Shown here in pieces: positions 59,401 through 64,000 of a stretch of 64,000 nucleotides of DNA. Positions within the stretch are counted from its first letter, which is position 1. Each line of letters starts with the position of its first letter. The notes below the pieces were generated by a model. The model saw only the letters and a program-made list of their open reading frames with translations. It searched no databases and was not told the DNA's origin. A program made the translations under genes and the position numbers. Source of the stretch: Candidatus Komeilibacteria bacterium RIFOXYD1_FULL_37_29 (GTDB lineage: Bacteria; Patescibacteriota; Patescibacteriia; UBA1558; GWA2-36-10); contig MHKS01000005.1 of assembly GCA_001818495.1 (NCBI GenBank), positions 116,188 through 180,187 of the forward strand. Direction: 5' to 3'.

Positions 59401-61044
59401 ATGAGACTTTTAGATAAATTCAGCCATCTTAGATTTTTTTCTTTGTGGTTGATTTTTTTATTAATCTCTTTACTATTTTTTGGTCAAAGCTTGAATAATT
59501 TTTTTGCTTCCGATGATTTTCATTGGTTAGTTATCGCCAGAGACACTCAGTGGAGTTGGCAGATATTTTTTACCAATTATGAGGGTGGGCACGTCGGAGG
59601 GTCTTACAATCCGCTGCTAGTGATTATTTTTAAATTGTTTTATCAGTTATTTTCTACCAATTATTTTGTTTATCATTTAGCTAGTTTACTATTTCACTCT
59701 ATCAATGGTCTGTTGGTGTATATTTTAGCAAATAAAATTTTTGATTTAACGGGAATAAAAAATAAAGGTTATTCACTAGTAGCGGCCTTATTATTTTTAC
59801 TCTATCCAATTCACGTAGAAGCTATAGCTTGGATAGCCGCCTGGCCACATCTTTTGGTGACCATCTTTTATCTTTTAGCCTTGATAAATTATTTTGTTTT
59901 TAAAGACAGTGGCCGCAAGATAACTTTGCTTTATTCTTTTATATTTTTTATTCTGGCCTTACTAATCAAAGAAATTGCTATTAGTCTGCCGTTTTTGATA
60001 CTAATTTGGGAGGTTTATTTTTATTCTTTAAAAAATAACAAGCGCTTGCCATTTTATTATCTGGCCTTTTATTTTGTGATTTGGTTGTTATTTTTAGCGC
60101 TGAGATATTTGTTTATTGGACTGATTTTTGGTTATTATGGAGCTAGTAGTTTGAAATTTTCTTTAGTCAATCTAGTGTCGAATATTTTGCCGTTTTTTGG
60201 GGATTTTTTAACTTGGGGATTTTTGAGAAATGTTTTATATCGGGGGCTTTATCAGTATGCTGATTTAGTAGCCATTGTGATTATGGCCGGACTAGCTGGG
60301 TATTTCTTTATTTTACTGACCAAGAAAAAATATCAGCAGTTTGTCGGTCTTGGTTCATTGTTTTTAATGTTAGCACCAGTACTTATTGTCGGATTACATC
60401 GGACTACTTTTGCCGGCGAACGCTACTTATATTTACCTAGTGTATTTTTTATTATCTGGATTTTATTTTTGCTTCAGCAAATAAATTGGTCTTTTAAAGC
60501 AGTAAGCAGCGCCTTAGTAGTATTTATCTTACTTAGTTTTTCGGTAGTTTATTATAAAATAGATATTTGGAATCAGGCTAGTGATTTGAGTCAGCAAATA
60601 GTAGTTAGTTATTCAGATTTAGAAATCAAATCCCGGCAGTCTTTGATTAGTATAGCTTTGCCGGACAATTTGAGCGGGGCAGAAGTATTTAGAAATAATT
60701 TACAGCAAGCTTTGGAAATTTATTATCCCAATAATTATCCAATGATCAGTTCGACCCAAGCTTATTTGGAAGTAAATAGAGATAATAAAAATAATCAACT
60801 GTTAAAGTGGCGTCAGGATACTTTGGGTTGGTTTGGAGAAAGCGTTGATGGTAGTTTTGTGGTGACCGGCATTACCTCTATTGCTAGTGGCGGACTGTAT
60901 TGGGAGCTGTGGAATTATAATTATCAAAATTATCAAGCCAATCTCATACGGCTGATGCCGGAGTCTGATTTGAAAGTAGAGTTGGAGAGTGGGCAAACAA
61001 AAATTTTAATTTTTGATAGGGGAGTTTTAAAAATTTTACCATAA
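59401..61044 (+). CDS. polytopic membrane protein, GT-C-type glycosyltransferase-like (PMT/ArnT-like)
   Basis: About 11 TM helices, an early-loop acidic motif (FFASDDFHW), and a C-terminal soluble domain. Confidence 0.4.
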   Translation: MRLLDKFSHLRFFSLWLIFLLISLLFFGQSLNNFFASDDFHWLVIARDTQWSWQIFFTNYEGGHVGGSYNPLLVIIFKLFYQLFSTNYFVYHLASLLFHSINGLLVYILANKIFDLTGIKNKGYSLVAALLFLLYPIHVEAIAWIAAWPHLLVTIFYLLALINYFVFKDSGRKITLLYSFIFFILALLIKEIAISLPFLILIWEVYFYSLKNNKRLPFYYLAFYFVIWLLFLALRYLFIGLIFGYYGASSLKFSLVNLVSNILPFFGDFLTWGFLRNVLYRGLYQYADLVAIVIMAGLAGYFFILLTKKKYQQFVGLGSLFLMLAPVLIVGLHRTTFAGERYLYLPSVFFIIWILFLLQQINWSFKAVSSALVVFILLSFSVVYYKIDIWNQASDLSQQIVVSYSDLEIKSRQSLISIALPDNLSGAEVFRNNLQQALEIYYPNNYPMISSTQAYLEVNRDNKNNQLLKWRQDTLGWFGESVDGSFVVTGITSIASGGLYWELWNYNYQNYQANLIRLMPESDLKVELESGQTKILIFDRGVLKILP

Positions 61045-61066
61045 AATAATGGGGTTTTTTGAGTAA

Positions 61067-61095
61067 AGCTGGCCAAAAATTGACAATCCAGCTTT
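61067..61095 (+). terminator. rho-independent terminator
   Basis: aagctgg-ccaaaaattgacaat-ccagctt followed by TATTTGTTT. Confidence 0.4.
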
Positions 61096-61368
61096 ATTTG
61101 TTTAAGCTAAAGATAAAGGAGTCTGTTCTATAATTTCCACTAGGAAAAGGAGGCATATTTTGAAATCTTCTTTTAAGGTTTGTGCTTTTGGTACCAACAC
61201 TGCTATTTTAGGCAGACGTAAACAGCGCGGTCGCAATCGTGAACATAGATCTCTGGCAGTTTCTAGTAAACTTCCAATTGCACCGACTGTAAAAGTGGAA
61301 CAAGGAGAAACTAAAGCCGACCATCCTTCGGGATGATCGGCTTTAATAAAATAAGTTTAATTTAGTAT

Positions 61369-62412
61369 ATGAAAAATCATATAAAAATATTTATATATTT
61401 ATTAGTTGTTATCAGTTTGGTGGGAGTAGTTATAATTATATTCTCTTATAATAAGAATCAAAATATAAATAGATTGGTAGGCAATATTGATTTATCTTTC
61501 AATCAAGAAATTAATGAAGAAAATAATCAGCGGCTAGTCAATCACCCTATGGCTATTGAAAATTTAAGAGCCAGAGAATATTTGGGCGGTGATTTTTTGA
61601 TAGAAGAAAAATTAACCAATGGCACAAATTATCAGCAGTATATTGTTTCTTATCAATCGGAAGGTTTGAAAATTTATGGGCTATTAACTATACCGTTGGG
61701 CAACCAACCAGAAAATGGATGGCCAGCTATAATTTTTGTTCACGGCTATATCCCACCAGCCCAGTATTCTACTACCGGTAATTATCCAACTTATCAAGCT
61801 CGTTTAGCCAGAAGCGGTTTTGTAACTTTTAAGCCGGATCTGCGCGGACATGGCAAATCCGAAGGAGAACCAGTCAGTGCGCATTATTCAGAAAAATATG
61901 TTGTTGATACCATGTATGCTATCGCTTATTTAAAAAATCATCCAACTGTCAATCCCGAGCAAATTGGTTATTGGGGACACTCCAACGGTGGTGAGATAGG
62001 ACTACGGACAGTTTTAATATCTTCAGATATTAAAGCGGCGTCTCTTTGGGCGGGAGTAGTTGGCAGTTATCAGGATATGTTGGAAACTTATAATCAGAAA
62101 ATTCCTTTTTTAAGAAACGCCACTAGCAGTGATTTAGTAATGGAGTATGGTTTGCCAAGTGCTAACCCGGATTTTTGGAATCAATTAGAGCCTTATAATT
62201 ATTTAGCAGATATAAATATTCCTATTCAATTACAACACGGTACCAATGATGATAGTGTGCCGATAGAATTGTCTAAAAGATTAAAAGAGGAATTGGAAAA
62301 GTTGGATAAAGCAGTGGAATATTATCAGTATTTAGGGGATGATCATAATATTTCCACTAACGTCAATATCGCTTTTCAAAGGGCTATAGATTTTTATAGA
62401 AATAATTTATAA
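61369..62412 (+). CDS. alpha/beta hydrolase (S9 peptidase / esterase-like) with N-terminal membrane anchor
   Basis: N-terminal TM, the nucleophile elbow GHSNGG (GxSxG), and a conserved HG..D placement downstream. Confidence 0.65.
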   Translation: MKNHIKIFIYLLVVISLVGVVIIIFSYNKNQNINRLVGNIDLSFNQEINEENNQRLVNHPMAIENLRAREYLGGDFLIEEKLTNGTNYQQYIVSYQSEGLKIYGLLTIPLGNQPENGWPAIIFVHGYIPPAQYSTTGNYPTYQARLARSGFVTFKPDLRGHGKSEGEPVSAHYSEKYVVDTMYAIAYLKNHPTVNPEQIGYWGHSNGGEIGLRTVLISSDIKAASLWAGVVGSYQDMLETYNQKIPFLRNATSSDLVMEYGLPSANPDFWNQLEPYNYLADINIPIQLQHGTNDDSVPIELSKRLKEELEKLDKAVEYYQYLGDDHNISTNVNIAFQRAIDFYRNNL

Positions 62413-62459
62413 AGTAAAAACAGGCGATTGGCCTGTTTTTTAATAATTTATGTTAGTGT

Positions 62460-64000
62460 CTAACTGCGGTTACTTTTTTTCCGGTCGTTTTCAGTCAAAG
62501 CTTTTTTACGCAAGCGTATATTATGCGGAGTTACTTCTAGATATTCATCTTCGGCAATTATTTCCAACCCCTTTTCAATAGTTAAGACAGAGGGAGGCGT
62601 CAAAGTAATAGCTTCATCAGCTCCAGAACTACGCATATTGGTCAGCTGTTTGCCTTTAATAGGATTAACGGTCATATCCAAACCTTTAGCTGTATTGCCT
62701 ATGACCATACCCTCATAAACTTCGATATTGGGACCAATATAGAGAGTGCCGCGTTCTTGTAAGTTAAACAGAGAAAAGGCCGAAGCTTTGCCGGTAGCCA
62801 TAGAGATCATAGAGCCGACATTGCGTTTTTTAATTTCGCCAGTGTAGGGGCGATAATCTAAGACACGAGAACATAATATACCTTCACCACGGGTATCAAT
62901 AGTAAATTCACCACGGTAGCCCAAAAGACCACGAGTCGGCATTTCAAAAATCAAACGCATTTGTCCATTATCATTTTTCATAGTAGTGACAATACCTTTT
63001 CGTTTGCCCATTTTTTCCATGACTATGCCGGAGCTAGCTTCTGGTACGTCAATAGTTACCTCTTCAAATGGTTCAAATTTTTTTCCGTTTTTTTCCTCAA
63101 TAATTACTTGTGGTTGAGAAACTTGTAGTTCATAGCCTTCACGACGCATAGTCTCAATCAGTATAGCAGCATGTAGTTCACCACGACTGTAGACTTTGAA
63201 AATATCCGTAGCGAAATCAATTTTTAGACCAACATTTACTTCCAATTCTTTTTCCAATCTTTCTTTAAGTTGTTTATTGGTAACAAATTTTCCTTCGCGG
63301 CCGGCCAGCGGAGAGCTATTTACTAAAAAATCTAAAGAAATAGTTGGTTCGTCAACCGTAATAGCTGGTAAAGCTTCTTGATCAGCGGATAGACAAAGTG
63401 TTTCACCAATATCAATATCGGAAAATCCAGCGACCATGACAATATCGCCAGCTACAGCTTCTTCAGTCTCTTTGCGCTCTAAGCCATGGAAGGTAAAAAG
63501 TTTGGTGACACGTCCTGTTTTATTTTCACCATTCATTTTTTTTAGCACTAAGTTGGCGTTATCTTTCAAAGTGCCTTCATAGATACGGCCAATGGCCAAG
63601 CGTCCCAAAAAATTGTCATAAGCCAAATTGAAAACCTGAAAGCGTAAAGGATTTTGTATTTCTGAGGGAGCGGCGGGTACTTTTTCTAAGACTATATCCA
63701 AAAGGGGCATGATGTTTTCGTTTTCATCCGTCAAATATCTTTTGGCTATGCCATTTTTGGCAATCGCATAGATAGCTGTAAAATCTAGTTGTTCGTCATT
63801 GGCACCCAAATCCATAAATAATTCCAAAACTTGTTCATGAGCCCTATTGGGATTGGCGGCTGGTTTGTCGATTTTATTTAAAATGACAATCGGTTTAAGA
63901 CCAAGCTCCAAAGATTTTTTTAAAACAAATCTAGTTTGTGGCATGGGACCTTCTTGGGCATCCACTACTAAAAGTACACTATCAATAGAGCGGAGTACTC
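62460..64000 (-). CDS. typA: translational GTPase TypA/BipA, 3' part (5' end lies beyond the window end)
   Basis: The GTPase domain after the G1 motif (DAQEGPMPQTRFVLKKSLELGLKPIVILNKIDKP), the EF-G-like domains II-V, and a C-terminal basic tail. Confidence 0.85.
   Translation of the reverse strand, partial: VLRSIDSVLLVVDAQEGPMPQTRFVLKKSLELGLKPIVILNKIDKPAANPNRAHEQVLELFMDLGANDEQLDFTAIYAIAKNGIAKRYLTDENENIMPLLDIVLEKVPAAPSEIQNPLRFQVFNLAYDNFLGRLAIGRIYEGTLKDNANLVLKKMNGENKTGRVTKLFTFHGLERKETEEAVAGDIVMVAGFSDIDIGETLCLSADQEALPAITVDEPTISLDFLVNSSPLAGREGKFVTNKQLKERLEKELEVNVGLKIDFATDIFKVYSRGELHAAILIETMRREGYELQVSQPQVIIEEKNGKKFEPFEEVTIDVPEASSGIVMEKMGKRKGIVTTMKNDNGQMRLIFEMPTRGLLGYRGEFTIDTRGEGILCSRVLDYRPYTGEIKKRNVGSMISMATGKASAFSLFNLQERGTLYIGPNIEVYEGMVIGNTAKGLDMTVNPIKGKQLTNMRSSGADEAITLTPPSVLTIEKGLEIIAEDEYLEVTPHNIRLRKKALTENDRKKSNRS

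Overview
This window is a gene-dense, low-GC (about 35%) bacterial chromosome segment read in the standard code, with TGA acting as a stop. Its gene content looks like a small-genome CPR/Patescibacteria-type organism; that taxonomic guess is inference only.

Most of the window is housekeeping:
- DNA repair and replication: RuvB (3' part), UvrD/PcrA helicase, UvrA, DnaG, Ogt.
- Translation-related: YchF, TrpS, RNase J, TypA/BipA (partial), RpoD.
- tRNA modification: QueH, QueA, an Elp3-like radical-SAM/GNAT enzyme divergently paired with a Trm9-like methyltransferase.
- One-carbon and SAM-cycle metabolism: FolD, GlyA, a PfkB kinase with AhcY.
- Other metabolism and chaperones: phosphohexomutase, MurI, a D-2-hydroxyacid dehydrogenase, PpsA, and GroES/GroEL with a perfect CIRCE operator.
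- RNA genes, transporters and small membrane proteins: one tRNA-Ser(GGA), and assorted transporters and small membrane proteins.

Two accessory modules stand out.
- A complete diversity-generating retroelement lies at about 17.6-20.3 kb. It has a GC-rich target gene whose 3' end is a 128-nt variable repeat, a 128-nt template repeat about 340 nt downstream, a possible Avd-like gene on the opposite strand, and a reverse transcriptase with the IGNLTSQ motif. The two repeats differ at 19 positions, and all 19 sit at template-repeat adenines.
- A cell-surface gene cluster lies at about 45-51.3 kb. It encodes two WxL-like secreted proteins, a DUF916-like anchored protein, a dockerin-bearing secreted protein, and two membrane-anchored cohesin-domain proteins.

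Smaller observations include several GC-rich single-gene islands behind consensus promoters, an EamA-type transporter gene broken by an in-frame TAA next to the tRNA, a 3'-5' exonuclease-WYL fusion beside the helicase, and a duplicated terminator flanking a small gene. No rRNA, CRISPR array or transposase was seen.
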